Source: the human T2T-CHM13v2.0 reference genome, Homo sapiens. Taken from it: a stretch of DNA of 64,000 bases. The DNA lies in the NCBI RefSeq assembly GCF_009914755.1, contig NC_060933.1. One strand, given 5' to 3'. Below the pieces are notes generated by a model. That model had not been told where the DNA came from. It saw nothing but the letters and a program-made list of their open reading frames with translations, and searched no databases. Shown in pieces: positions 20,141-39,564 of the stretch. Every line of letters begins with the position of its first letter. Within the stretch, counting starts at the first letter, position 1. Made by a program: the position numbers and the translations under genes.

Positions 20141-21084
20141 TAGTAGAGACGGGGTTTCTCTGTGTTGTTCAGGCTGGTCTTGAACTCCTGACCTCAGGTG
20201 ATCCACCCTCCTCAGCCTCCCAAAGTGCAAGGATTACAGGCATGAGCCACTGTGCCCGGCCCACAATCCTTCTATTAAGAATGACTGTTCTAGACCGTTC
20301 TTTATTAAGAATTACTGCTCACACCTGTAATCCCAGCAACTTGGGAGGCTGAGGTAGGTGGACCGCCTGAGCTCAAGAGTTTGAGACCAGCCTGAGCAAC
20401 ATGGCGAAACCCCATCTCTACCAAAAATACAAAAAATTAGCCAGGCGTGGTGGGGCACGCCTGTGGTCCCAGCTACTCAGGAGGCTGAGCTGGGAGGATA
20501 GCTTGAGCCTGGGAAGTAGAAGTTGCAGTGAGCTGAAATTGTGCCACAGACTCCAACCTGGGTGACAGAGTGAGACCCTGTCGCAAAAAAAAAAAAAGAT
20601 AATAATGACGACTATTCTAGGCTGGGTACAGTGGTATATGCCTTTAATCCCAGCACTCTGGGAGACCGGGTAACATGGCAAAACCCTGTCTCTACAAAAA
20701 ATACAAAATTAGCCAGGCATGGTGGCGCAAACCTGTGGTACCAGCTACCCGGGAGGCTGAGGTGGGAGGGTCACTGGAGCCTGGAGAGGTCAAGGGTGCA
20801 GTGAGCTGGGATCACACCAACAGTCTGGGCAACAGAGTAAGACCCTGCCTCCAAAAAAAAAAAAGAATAATGACTGTTTTATATAAAATGAATGCTTAAA
20901 AAGATAAATCAGTTTTCTTAGCAAACAATAATAAAGCACTTAAAAACCCAGGCCGGGCACGGTGGCTCACGCCTGTAACCCCAGAACTTTGGGAGGCTGA
21001 GGCAGGCAGATAACGAGGTCAGGAGTTTGAGACCGACCTGACCAACATGGTGAAACCCTGTCTCTACTAAAAATACAAAAATTA

Positions 21085-21323
<239 letters not shown>

Positions 21324-21811
21324 CTAGAGGACAACTGAGCAACCTGCAGCAAGGAAATGTTATATTCCTGGCTGGGCGCAGTGGCTCACGACTGTAATCG
21401 CAACACTTTGGGAGGCTTAGGCAGGCAGGTCGCTTGAGGCCAGGACGTTGAGACCAGCCTGGGCAAAATGTTGAAACACCATCAGTACAAAAAAATACAA
21501 AAAACTAGCCAGGCATGGTGGCACATGCCTGTAGTCCCAGCTACTCAGGGACAGGGGTGGGGTGCTGAGACAGGAGGATTGTTTGAGACTGGGAGGTCAA
21601 GGCTGCAGTGAGCCATGATCACGCCACTGCATTCCATCCTGGGTGACAGGGCGAGACCTTAACTCCAAAAAAAAAAAAAAAAAGAGAAACAACAGCTGGG
21701 CGCAGTGGCTCATGCCTGTAATCCCGGCACTTTAGGAGGCCGAGGCAGGTGGATCACGAGGTCAGGAGTTCAAGACCAACCTGGCCAACATGTTGTAAGC
21801 CATCTCTACTA

Positions 21812-22071
<260 letters not shown>

Positions 22072-22129
22072 TCAGTATGTTCAACAATAGGGTTATATTA
22101 TATCCATAAAACAGAGTATCAAGAAATTA

Positions 22130-22270
<141 letters not shown>

Positions 22271-24014
22271 TTAACCGGGTGTGGTGGTGTGTGCCTGTAG
22301 TCCCAGCTACTTGAGGGGATCTCTTAATCCTGGGAGTTCGAGGTTGCAGTGAGCAATAATCACACGCTGCACTCCAGCCTACATAACAGAGTGAGACCCT
22401 GTCTCAACAACAACAACAGTAACAACAACAACGAAAATGTGTTTTAAAATTCTTTTTCCAGTAAACTTATTTGCCAGTTCTCCTTTGAGACCAAGAAGGT
22501 GCCCTTCCCACACTGCTAATCTCCTGAACACTTCATAGAAAAAAACATCTAGGCCAGGCGCAGTGGCTCACGCCTGAAATTCCAGCACTTTGGGAGGCCG
22601 ATGCAGGCAGATCACTTGAAGTCAGGAGTTTGAGACCAGCCTGGCCAACATGGTGAAACCCTGTCTCTACCAAAAATACAAAAATTAGGCACAGTGGCAC
22701 GCACCTGTAGTCCCAGCTACTTGGGAGGCCGAGGCAAGAGAAGTGTTTGAACCTGGGAGGCTGAGGTTGCAGTGAGCCAAGATGCACTCCAGCCTGGGCG
22801 ACAGAGCGAGACTCTGTCTCAAAAATTAAAAAAAAAGAAAAAAACATCTAAAATGACAGACACATCAATTCAAAGTAGAATGTTAATTATGTGAAATTAG
22901 AAAAGGCCACAGAGACAAGGGCACATCTGGAGAACTAGACATGGTTTGTTAATGCTGGATTATGGGGTGCAAGCATGGAAGCTATGAGAGAGAAAGTTGG
23001 AAAGATAGGCGTGGGCCTTGTATGCTGTGCTATAAAATTTGTTTCTCATCTTACAGATACTAGAAAGTCTCTCAAAGATTTGAGCATCAGAGTGAGAAAA
23101 TTAGATAACTGTGTTTCAGAAGATTACTTTGTGTACAGTGTGACCTCATTTACCCCATCAAAGTTTTATTATGAAAATTTTAAAGTGTAAAAAAATGAGG
23201 CCAGGTGCAGTGGCTCATGCCTGTAATCCCAGCATTTTAGGAGGCCGAGGCAGGTGGATCAACTGAGGTCCTGCATTCAAGACCAGCCTGGCCAACATGG
23301 CAAAACCCCATCTCTACTAAAAAATACAAAAATTAGCCAGGCGTGGTGGTGGGCACCTGTAATCCCAGCTACTCAGGAGGCTGAGGCAGGGAGAAGTGCT
23401 TGAACCCAGGAGGCGGAGGTTGCAGTGAGCCAAGATTGCACCATTGCACTTTAGCCTGGGCAACACAGCAAGACTCCGTCTCCAAAAAAAAAAAAGAAAG
23501 AATTTCACAAAGAATTCTATATATGCATCTTCTAAATGATCTCATATTAACCAATTAAAAAATATGGGCCAATTTTGGGAGGCCGAGGCAGGCGAATCAC
23601 TGAGGTCAGGAGTTTGAGACCAGCCTGGCCAATATGGTGAAACCCCATCTCTACCAAAAATAGAAAAATTAGCCTGGCGTGGTGGTGGGCACCTGTAATC
23701 CCAGCTACTCAGGAGGCTGAAGCAGGGGAATCGCTCGAACCTGGGAAGCGGAGGTTGTGGTGAGCCGAGGTCGTGCTACTGCACTCCAGCCTGGAAGACA
23801 GAGTGAGACTCTGTCTCAAAAAAAAAAAAAAATCATACTAAGGCTGGGTGCAGTGGCTCATGCCTGTATAATCTAAGCACTTTGGGAGGCTGAGGCAGGA
23901 GGATAGCTTGAGCCCAGGAGTTCAAGGCTGCAGTGAGCCATGATGGTGCCACTGCACTCCAGCCTGGGTGACAGAGCAAGACCCTGTGTCTAAAGGAAAA
24001 GAAAAAAGGTACTA

Positions 24015-24245
<231 letters not shown>

Positions 24246-24259
24246 TTATCTCTGGATAG

Positions 24260-24493
<234 letters not shown>

Positions 24494-24998
24494 TAGTAGA
24501 GACAGGGTTTCACCATGCTGGCCAGCCTGGTCTCGAACTCCTGACCTCATAATCCACCCACCTCGGCCTCCCAAAGTGCTGGGATTACAGGTGTGAGCCA
24601 CCACACCCGGCCTATATTTTAAAATTTTCTTACAATAAATGTGTATCACTTTTACACTAAATAAGAAATTATTATTCTACAGGGTCACCCTCTGTCATGT
24701 AGGCTGGAGTGCAGTGGCACGATCACAGCTTGATGCAGCCTGGTTCTCCTGGGCTCAAGCAATCCTCCTGCCTCAACCTTCTGAGTATCTGGGACAACAA
24801 GTATGCAGTACCACACTCAACTAATTTAAATTCTTGGGCTCAAGTGATCCACCCACCTCAGCCTCCCAAAGTGCTGGGATTATAGGCGTGAGTCACTGAG
24901 CCCGGCTGGGCTGTTTCCTATCACACTACTATCCCTTTTCAATCTCTAGCCCCCAATCCCTGCCACATCAAAAGCTTCCTATAAAAGGGCAACTTTAC

Positions 24999-25059
24999 CA
25001 GACACTGCCATAGTGTCGCTGATCCATGCGATGGAAAAGATCCAGTCCTTGTGTCCATC
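24999..25059 (-). CDS. DCAF12: DCAF12 exon 4 (DGHKDWIFSIAWISDTMAVS)
   Basis: 61 nt; AAG acceptor after pyrimidine tract; donor G|GTAAAG; GH dipeptide that opens a WD repeat. Confidence 0.95.
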
Positions 25060-25319
25060 CTTGGAGAGCAGGGAGTAACAGGTACAGGGAGGAAAATAAG
25101 AAATTAGTAAAATAAGGATTGTAATAAACTCTCTAAAGAAGCATACAAGTCAGACTGAAAATATTTTTGTAGAAATTACAACTCTGATCTCTGGTGGTCT
25201 CAACCCACAGAGAATGATCAATCTTTACCTTCTATCTTGAGGAGCTCAAAGCTGGAATGAAATTGGCACTACTGTGGGTAGTGGACACATAGCTCTTGCC
25301 TTCTACCTCTGGGTCCCAT

Positions 25320-25680
25320 CTTCCATCTGGAACTCTCTTCCTCCAGACATCTAGACATCTACATGGCTTGTACCCTCATTTCCTTTAAGTCTCCCTGCTC
25401 AAGCGTCATCCTATCAATGAAACTTTATCTTCTGATACAGCATCCTCCACCTTACTCTCAGTCCCTTTATGCTGCCTTTATTCTTCTCCATGGCACTTAT
25501 CACACTCTGATGTATTACTGGTAAATATTAGTTTATATGGTTTATGTTTTGTCTATATGTCACCCTCCACTAGAATGTAGGCTTCAAGAGGACAGGGGCT
25601 TTATCTGTTCTGTTCACTGCTATGTCTCAAACAACGCCTAGCCATAGAAGACTCAATAAATGCCTGATGAATGAATGGAT
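25320..25680 (+). mobile_element. L2 3' end fragment
   Basis: CTAGAATGTAGGCTTCAAGAGGACAGGG...CTCAATAAATGCCTGATGAATGAATG, typical of an L2 tail. Confidence 0.75.
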
Positions 25681-25881
25681 GATTTAGTAAACTGCTACTC
25701 TCTGACTATGGGCAGTGGGAAGTATGTGGACACTATGGATTCAAACAGCAACCCAATACTGTTGGCCCCTGAGGTGTGCTGCTTGCCCCTTTATCAAACA
25801 TACACTGTGCCCTATGGGGAGTCCAGTCCCCACTCTGGGCTGATGAGAGGAGGGTCCATGTTAATCACTGAGACCCGTTTA

Positions 25882-26130
<249 letters not shown>

Positions 26131-27358
26131 CTACAAGAAAAAATGGATACAGAAGCTGAACATAAATTTAACGTGGCCAATACAGGGTATAAACATCCTT
26201 TTGTTCAACTGTTCATCAACATTTAATTAACAACTACTACATGTTAGACCCTAGGAATTATTAAAGGCATGGTCAGGACTACTAATGACATGAAACATGA
26301 AATAAGTCAATATAACACAATATTAGAGATAGCAATAATATGCTACATGAACACAGATTAGGAAGCAGTAAGTTCTGCCTGGGATTCAGAGAAGGTTTCC
26401 AAGAGGCCTTCTATTAGGCCACGGACACAAAGAGGAAGACCAACACAGTTTTCTGTCAGTTTGGTCATATTTTATACACTGAATCCTCACCTAACCACAC
26501 CATGCACAGAAACTTTTAAACGAAACACAATTCCCAGAACACATCATGGCTACTAATATAACTATTAATATTACTAAGTTTTCTGGAATGACCAGAGACA
26601 TACGACAAGGAAGAATTATTAGTATCTCATGGCTGTTCTCTATACACACACATCCCATTCAGTCCTATTCCTCCCTGCCTTTGCTCTTGCTGCTACCTCT
26701 GCCTGAAAGGCTCTCTTCCACCTCTTTACCCTCCAAGATTCAACTTAGAGAAATGCTTTATGGAAAAATCAGTCTTAGCGAAAGGACAGCCCTTAGAAGA
26801 GTCAAACTCTTCAGTGATTCAACAGTTCATTCCTTCGGACACTCACTTATTTTCCAGTACTGTTCTAAGTGTTAGGAACACAGCTATGAATGAGAGAAAT
26901 AATATCTGCCCTAATAGATACACCTTATAGCCTAAGAGGCTGAAATAAAATCCTGTCAGCAATTCTCATGTTGAAGTCAAACATGTCAAACCTTTACATA
27001 AATAAACCTGCTGCTTACACAGAAGATATATGAAAGGAGAAACTAGGTGAGTCTTAAGTTTAAAATATAAAAAGGGCCGAGCGCAGTGGCTCACGCCTGT
27101 AATGCCAGCACTTTAGGAGGCCAAGGCGGGCGGATCACCAGAGCTTGAGAGTTCGAGATCAGCCTGGCTAACATGGTGAAAACCCTATTAAACTTACAAA
27201 ATTAGCTGGGCATGGTGGCACACGCCTGTAATCTCAGCTACTCGGGAGGCTGAGGCAGAAGAATCGCTTGAACCGAGGAGGCGGAGGTTGCAGTGAGCCG
27301 GGATCGAGCCACTGCACTCCAGCCTGGGCAACAGTGTGAGACTGTGAGACTTGGTCTC

Positions 27359-27403
<45 letters not shown>

Positions 27404-27571
27404 TGAGGTGGACAAGGTGGCAAGTGCCTGTAGTCCCAACTACTTAGCTACTCAGGAGGCTGAGGCATAAGGATCACAAATTGAGTCCAGCCTGGGCAAA
27501 ACAGCAAGACCCTATCTCAAACAAATACATATATGTATTTTATGTATATGTTTTTATATATATATATATGG

Positions 27572-28533
27572 TTTTTTTTTTTTCACTAGGAAAATGGTTT
27601 CATTGGAGTGTCTTTAGAGCTGTGATGTCAAGACATGAAGAACAAGTGCACACACAGACATGGCTATCACAGAACAGACTATGGGTGAATAAAAAGTTCA
27701 CATCACTTCTTCCCTTTACCCAAAAACAGAAGGCTCTAGGCCACCTCCTCATAGGCCCACTCCTCAAACTCTCTCTCCTCCTTGGCTGTGGTATCCTGTA
27801 CTCGGACATGTTCATGCTGCTCACAGCCTCAGTGAACTCCATCTCATCCATGCCACTTCCCATGTACTAGTGCTGGAAGGCTTTGTGCCAGAAAATGGCT
27901 GTGAACTGTACGAGATGCACCTGAACAGCTCCTAGATGGCTGTGTTGTTGCCAATGACGGTGGCAGCCATCTTTAGCCCCCAGGGTGGGATGTTACAGAC
28001 AGCTGTTTTCACCTTGTGGGGGATTCAATGAACAAAGTAGCTGCTGTCCTTGTTTTGGAGATTAAGCATTTACTTATCCACCTCCTCCGTGCACGTACGG
28101 CCCCTGAACATGGCAGCTGCTAAGCAACAGCCACAGAGCGGGGTCCCACGCAGCCATCATATTCTTGGCATCAAACATCCGCTGGATGGGCTTGGGCACC
28201 ATCGGGGCTCAGTACTGCTGGTTGTCCTGTATGGTCTGGATGAGTCCAGACATGAAGAAGTGCAAGCGGGGGAATAGGACCCTGTTCATGGCCATTGAGC
28301 TGGCCCTGGAAGCTCAGGCAGGTGGTGACCCCACTCACAGTGCAGACACCAGGTGGCTCAGGACACCATAGGTGGGTGTGGGCAGCTTTAGGGGTCGGAA
28401 GCAGATGTCTTAGAGAGCTTCCTTATCAATGCAAAAGGTCTCGTATGTGTTTTCTGTGAGCTGGTGGACGGAGAGGGTGACATTGTAGGGCTCTACCACC
28501 ATGTCCAACACCTTGGGTGGGGGCATTACACTG
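27572..28533 (-). pseudogene. TUBB4BP2: 5'-truncated processed beta-tubulin pseudogene (TUBB4B-type) in DCAF12 intron 2
   Basis: Minus-strand translation gives [34 protein letters not shown] and ends EEVA*. It has multiple stops and indels, a TUBB4B-like 3'UTR and a poly(A) at 27572-27583. The specific pseudogene symbol is from recollection of the locus and is less certain than the family call. Confidence 0.88.
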
Positions 28534-29482
28534 GATACATATATAAATATTTAAATTATATATAATTATATATGTATATATAATATGTACTTTATATATT
28601 TAAATATATATAATATATGTTTATTAAAGACAGAGAGAGAGAAAGGAGTAGCTAGAAGAGTGTCAGAGACTGAGTGGGAGCAGGGGGAAGAAGGGGACAA
28701 ACCACTCTCAAACTGGCAACTACCTGAGAGCAGCAGACTCCCTGCCTAACTGGCATCATTGCTGATGCATCCCACAAGCATCTGAAACTGAATATGCCCA
28801 AAACAAATAACCTTGCTCCTCAAATTGCTCACTTTCCTAACACCACCACTATCTACCCTGTCACTCAAGTGTGGATTTTATCCTAAATTACTCCTTTTCC
28901 CTCATTTCCATCATCCTAGTCCTGCCTAACCTACCTCCTAAATATTCTTACAGCTGACTCCTTCCTCTGCTTCCTCACTCATCACTTCTCCTTGGACAAC
29001 CACAATTAGTCTTTGTGCCTTCAGGCAACACCGCTATCAAAATTATTCTATTATAAGCAGAGTCAACTTCCTAAAAATGGAAATCTTCCCATGCCAGTCC
29101 CCAACTAAAAAACATCCAATGACTCCCCGTCACCTAAATCTGAGATACTTAGCATGGCATTAAGACTCTCCTCGGGGCCAGACTTTGGAAGGCCGAGAAA
29201 GAAGTATTACTTCAGCCCAGGAATTTATGAACAGCTCAGGCAGCACAGTGAGACCCTGTCTCTACTTGAGCCCAGGAGGTCAAGGCTGCAGTGAGCCATG
29301 ATGGTGCCACTGCACTCGCACCTGGGTGACAGAGCAAGACCCTGCCTCAACAAAACAAAACAAAACAAAACAAAACCAAGAGTCTCCTCAGTCCAGCCTC
29401 TACTATCATCACGTCTTGCCATGGACTTCAAACTCTAGAAATAATTGCTTATAAATATCATACATGAAAAATTCTTCAATGA

Positions 29483-29830
<348 letters not shown>

Positions 29831-30486
29831 TGAGCCACCGCACCCAGCCTCTCCTACTCTTTTACCTGGCCAACATGTACTTATCTTTCATGATTCGGTT
29901 CAGATATGTCCTCTTGGACTACTCTCTAAATGTCCAGGCTGATCAAGTGCCTCTCTTGTAGGCTCCCAAGATATCCCTCTACCCACAACACTTAGACCAT
30001 ATCGCACTGATTTAAAATATTTACTTATTTGTCTTCCTCATAAAGCTATTAACTCTCTCCCAATTCTAAGTGCAGAGAATTTATCTTATTTGATTCTACA
30101 ATCTTGCCCCAGCAACTACTTAAGCATTTACAACAGTCACCTTTCAGAGGGCCTGCCCAACTACTGTAGTAGGCCCCCACATCCCTGTGAGGGTGAGGCT
30201 CTGTAGCTGTTTTATTTGCTATAAGCCTAGACCCCCTGATCACAGCACAGTCTAGAGGGAGTTTCAGGACAATCAGTCCAAAGGCTAGACTGGACTAGGC
30301 CATTCAGATTCTTTAGGGAATATGTAACTGGCTGGTGGCACTAGACCAAACCGCCCGGGTGGCCACTTTTTACCAAAGCCAGTCCTTGGAGAAAAGAAAA
30401 CTTGAGACTTGAAGCATGGGCCAGGCGCAGTGGCTTATGCCTGTAATCCCAGCACTTAGGGAGGCTGAGGCGGGTGGATCACTTCA

Positions 30487-31242
<756 letters not shown>

Positions 31243-31303
31243 TCATCTGAAGTTGGGAGTTCGAGACCAGCCTGACCAACATGGAGAAAGCTTGTCTCTA
31301 CTA

Positions 31304-31462
<159 letters not shown>

Positions 31463-31635
31463 TCAAAAAATAAACTAATAATAAACAAATGATCCCTAAC
31501 CAGATAATCCTCAAATTATTTCCTGAAACAAAATTAATTGCCCACTCACATATTTGTGTTGTGTGAGACAATGCAACCATAACATGTAGCTTTTAGACCA
31601 GGGATTCCCAAACTGCTGATCAAAATATTTTTTGA

Positions 31636-31854
<219 letters not shown>

Positions 31855-32294
31855 TGATCTGCCTGCTTTGGCCTCCGAAAGTGCTGGGATTACAGGCATG
31901 GGCCACTGTACGCGGCCTGAATTTTTTCTTATTTTTTTCTGAAACAGAGTCTAGCTCTGTCACCCAAGCTGGAATGCAGTGGCGTGATCTTGGCTCCCGG
32001 GTTCAAGTGATTCTCGTGCCTCAGCCTCCCAAGTCGCTGGGATGGCAGGTGCACACCACTGTGCCCAGCTAATTTTTGAATTTTTAGTAGAGACAGGGTT
32101 TCACCACATTAGCCAGACTGGTCTCAAACTCCTGACCTCAAGTGATCCGCTCATCTCAGCCTCCCAAAGTGCTGGGATTACAAGCATGAGCCACCGCACC
32201 AAGGCTGAATTTTCTTTAAAAAACAATACAAAACACTACAAAACAAAAACAATTCCCAGGCCTTACCCTAAAACTCTTCCATTAGGCATTTCTG

Positions 32295-32983
<689 letters not shown>

Positions 32984-33877
32984 CTAAACTAAGAGTGTGC
33001 CCCCAACCTCACCCTCATTATTGCAAAGGAATGACAATGAACCACTTGAAGGATAGAGCCACCCTGCTTCTTCATGGGAAGAAACAGGATGTGGATGAGC
33101 TGCCACAGAATCTCTTCCCAAGCTCTCTGACAAGGGTCCAAGGATTCATGCAGCTCCACTAACATTTCCCAGAATGAGGCTGCTCCACATTAACCTACTG
33201 GGATCCCTGCCAGAAACTAGCAGCGCGGCAAGGTAAGCTCGAGGCTCGGGCTCCCTGCAGTTTACATTCTAGGATGGGGGGAAAGAGACATGTAAGACTA
33301 GTGAGTCTATCTCTGCATGCATTCATGTGTATCTAGACAAATGTAAATGAGTGTACACAAAGACAAAGATGGCTTAAAAAAAAGGAGTCAGATGTGGTAG
33401 CAGGAACCTATCGTCCCAGCTATTTGGGAGGCTGAAGCATGAGGATCTCATGGGCCCAGGAGGTCAAGGCTTCAGTGAGCTATAATTGTGCCATTACCCT
33501 CCAGCCTGGGTGACAGAGCAAGACCTTGCCTCTAAAAACAAAAAACACAAAAACAAAAAAAAGAGGAAGGGGTAACCTTACAATGTTTCTAAAATTCAAG
33601 GGTGTTTCAGACTGGAGCCCAATGAGAAAGGAAAGTAATTCTATGCAGGTCACACAGACAACAAGACACACTATGTTGCAGTCAGTAAAAGACAGGTGGG
33701 CAACCTAAGTCTGTGGAGAGGTTGGGAAAGGAAAGACAAGTGAAATCAAAGCAGAAGAATCTATTCACTATCCCAATCTGAGAAAGTGGGGAGGAGCAAA
33801 GGAGAGAGCCAAGACCAAGAAACACAACAGAAAATGGACAGACAATATGTATCAAACATTAAAAATATGTATAGCGG

Positions 33878-34618
<741 letters not shown>

Positions 34619-35629
34619 TTAATTATAGAGACAGGGTGCCACTTTGTTGCCCATGTTGTAATAAAACCCACCTGGGCTCAGGCAATCCTCCCGCCTTAGT
34701 CTCCCAAAGTGCGGGATTACAGACATAAGCCATCAAGCCTTGCCACTACATACCTTTAACGGCGATAAGGTAGTTCACTGCATGAATATACTGACATTAA
34801 TTGAATTAATTCCCTATTATTGAACATTTATGCCACGTCCAAATTTTTAGTAATACAAAACATGGCAATGAACATTCTTTTATTGAAATCCAGGGCCTCC
34901 TCTTAGTACTGGGGAATAAGGAGGAACAAAATTAAATAAATAAATCCAGGGCTGGGTGCGGTGGCTCACGCCTGTAATCCTAGCACTTTGGGAGGTGGGC
35001 AGATCAACTGAGGTCAGGAGTTCAAGACCAGCCTGGCAAACATGGCAAACCCTGTCTCTACTAAAAATATAAAAATTAGCCGGGCATGGTGGCAGGCGCC
35101 TTTAATCCCAGTTACTCGGGAGGCTGAGGTAGGAGAATCGCTTGAACCCAGGAGGGGCAGGCTGCAGAGATCGCGCCACTGAACTCCAGCCTGGGCGACA
35201 GAGAGAGTCCGTCTCAAAAATAAATAAATAAATAATACAAATAAATAAATAAATCTGGCTGGGCACAGTGGCTCACACCTGTAATCCCAGCACTTTGGGC
35301 GGTCAAGGCAGGCAGATCACTTGAGGTCAGGAGTTCAAGATCAGCCTGGCCAACAAAGTGAATGAAACCCTGTCTCCATTAAAAATACAAAAATTAGCCG
35401 GGCATAGTAGTGCGTACCTGTAGTCCCAGCTACTTGGGAGGCTGAAGCAGGAGAATCGCCTGAACTCAGGTGGCGGAGGTTGTAGTGAGCCAAGATGGCA
35501 CCACTCAGCCTGGGCAACAGGGCAAGGTTCTGCCTCAAATAATAATAATAAATTAATAAATAAATCCGGCCGGGCACGGTGGCTCACGCCTGTAATCCTA
35601 GCACTTGGGAGGCTGAGGGGGGCAGATCA

Positions 35630-35851
<222 letters not shown>

Positions 35852-36470
35852 TCAATCATCAATCAGTCCACGTGTCTGCGCTATGCCAAGATCTTAGACA
35901 CTCTGAGCTGTGAATCTAAACTGTTCCTACACAAGATGGACTACACTACTAGCTAGCTAAGATAAGTAATGGTACTTCATAATAGGTCTTGAATTCTGAT
36001 GTTTCGCCACAGAATCATGACTTCGTGGAAGGAGGGCCACATTAGGATTTACAATTATTTTGGATTTAAGTGACATATTCTTATAAGCTTTATATCTAGC
36101 AGTAAATTGATTTCTAATCCTTGATTTTTTTTTTTTTTTGAGATGGAGCTCAAAAAAAAAAGGTGCCCACCACCACGCCCGGCTAATTTTTTGTATTTTT
36201 AGTAGAGACAGGGTTTCACCGTGTTAGCCAGGATGGTCTTGATCTCCTCACCTCGTGATCTGCCTGCCTCGGCCGGCCAAAGTGCTGGCATTACAGGTGT
36301 GAGCCACCGCGCCCGGCCTCTAATCCTTGATTTTGGAGGTCTCTGTTAAAAATGGACTGAATCCTAAAAGCCAGCTTTGGCAAGACACCTTGATTTTACC
36401 TAGTACCCACCAAAGTCACCACATAAACTTTGACAACATACAACAGAGGTTTAGCTACCTTAAGCATCTA

Positions 36471-36825
<355 letters not shown>

Positions 36826-36973
36826 TCAGAACCCTATTTAGTATTGCTTTTATATGTTTACAAATCCCATCACCTATTTCCAAGTGATACCAATCTGAAA
36901 AATGAAAGGGGAAATAAAAGGATTAGTCCAATAGTCTGATTTCATAAGAATCTTTATTTCTTCCTACCTATAG

Positions 36974-37339
<366 letters not shown>

Positions 37340-39564
37340 TAACGTGTAAGTTATTCAGGAGAAAATCTGTACACAGGAAACTTTCAGGTTTTTGTTCCCT
37401 GGTGACATTTCCAGGTATAAGGCCTTCTACTCAGAATTAACAGGGAGCTTTATCCCTAACTTGCAAACTACTGGAGAGCAGAGACGGTAATTACGTATCT
37501 GGTATAAGAGATTATAAACTCTTAACAATAGTGTTAAATAATGATAATATGGCCGGGCGTGGTGGGTCATGCATATAATCCCAGCTCTTTGGGAGGCAGA
37601 GGTGGGCAGATCACCTGAGGTCAGGAGTTCAAAACCAGGCTGGCCAATATGGCAAGACCCCATCTCTACTAAAAATACAAAAATTAGCCGGGCGTGGTGG
37701 CACACACCTGTAATCCCAGCTACTTGGTGGTGCTGAAGCAGAAGAATCGCTTGAACCTGGGAGGCGGAGGTTGCAGTGAGCCAAGATTGCGCCAGTGCAC
37801 TGCAGCCTGGGCAACAGAGTAAGACCCTGTCTCAAAAAAGAAAATAATAATAATAATAATATCTCTCTTATCTCACACTTACTTCCTAAGTATAACAGCA
37901 TTAAGACTTGAGGACCAGGACCATATGGTTGTGTATTTGCCCATTGAGAATCAAGAGCCCTCACCAGGGGCTATTTTGAGCTCCAAAAAACTCACTGTGT
38001 GACTAAGAGGAGCAACTCCTTTTGTTGCATATTCTACTACTGTATTTTTGAGCCCCTACTTCGGTCCTTCTCACCGTCATTTTAGGATAAGAAAACGCAA
38101 GGTTCATCTAGCTGAAATAACAGTTTTAAAAGATGAGTGTTTATTGTACAAACGATACTTTATCAACAATACAGAAATTTAAAATGCAAGAAAGATCACT
38201 CAGAATTTTCTCTCTTTTAAAATCTGTTTTTCATTTGTCAGGTTCCTGTTTAGTCTTCAACCACATATATATTTTAATTGTGCACAGCTATTATCAGCAG
38301 AGACAGGATTTTGTATCTCATTTCATTAAACGTACTGAATTCTTCGCACATTACAGTCTCCATAATTATGTTAATGTCTGCATAATACCATCCAGATTTA
38401 TCACTATTTACTTAAGTATTCGATTGTTAGTATTTAGATTAAGTAGCTTCCAATTATTATCTTGTTAAAAACGACTTTTCCTTTGGATAAATTCTCAGGT
38501 GTGAACATTTTAGGCAAAAGGGTATAACATTTTTAGGCTCTTCTTTCAACAAATACTATGTACTTTTGCGGTTTTTTTTTTTTTTTTGAGACAGGGTCGT
38601 GCTCTGTCACCCAGGCTAGAGTGCAGTGGTGTAATCCCATTTAACTGCAGCCTCCACTTCCCAGACTCAAGCCATCCTCCCACTTCAGCCTCCTGAGTAG
38701 CTAGGACCAAAGGCACAAGCCACCATGCCCAGCTAATTCTTAAATATTTTGTAGAGATGGGGTCTCACTACATTGCCCAGGCTGGTCTGGTCTTGAATCT
38801 CTGGGCTCAAGTGATCTTCCTGTCTCAGCTTCCCAAAGTGCTGGATTACAGTCATGAGCCACTATACCCAGCCAATACTGGCCAACATGGTGAACCCTGT
38901 CTCTACTAAAAGACAAAAAAATTAGCCGGGCTTGGTGGTGGGCGCCTATAATCCCAGCTACTCAAGAGGCTGAGGCAGGAGAATCACTTCAACCTGGGAG
39001 GCGGAGGTTGCAGTGAGCTGAAACTGAGCCACTGCACTTCAGCCTGGGCAACAAGAATGAAAGTCCGTCTCAAAAAAAAAAAAAAAAAAAAAAAAAAAGG
39101 CCAGGTATGATGGCATGTGATATAGTCCCAGCTACTCAGGATTCTGGGGCAGGAGGATCCCTTGGGCCCAGGAATTTGAAGCTGCAGTGAGCCATGACTG
39201 CACCACTGTACTCCACCCTGAGTGCAAAATGCTGTCTTGAAAAACAACAAAGTGGCTGGGCATGGTGGCTCACGTTTGTAATCCCAGCACTTTGGGAGGC
39301 TGAGGCGGGCAGATTACATGAGGTCAGGCGTTTGAGACCAGCCTGGCCAGCATGGTGAAACCCCGTCTCTACTAAAAATACAAAAATTGGCCAGGCATGG
39401 TAGCACGCGCCTGTAGTCCCAGCTAGTCGGGGGGCTGAGGCACAAGAATCGCTTGAACCCGGAGGCAAAGGTTACAGTGAGCCAAGATCGTGCCACTGCA
39501 CTCCAGCCTTGGCAACACAGCAAGACGCGGTCTCAAAAAAAAAAAAAAAAAGAGAACAAAGCAA

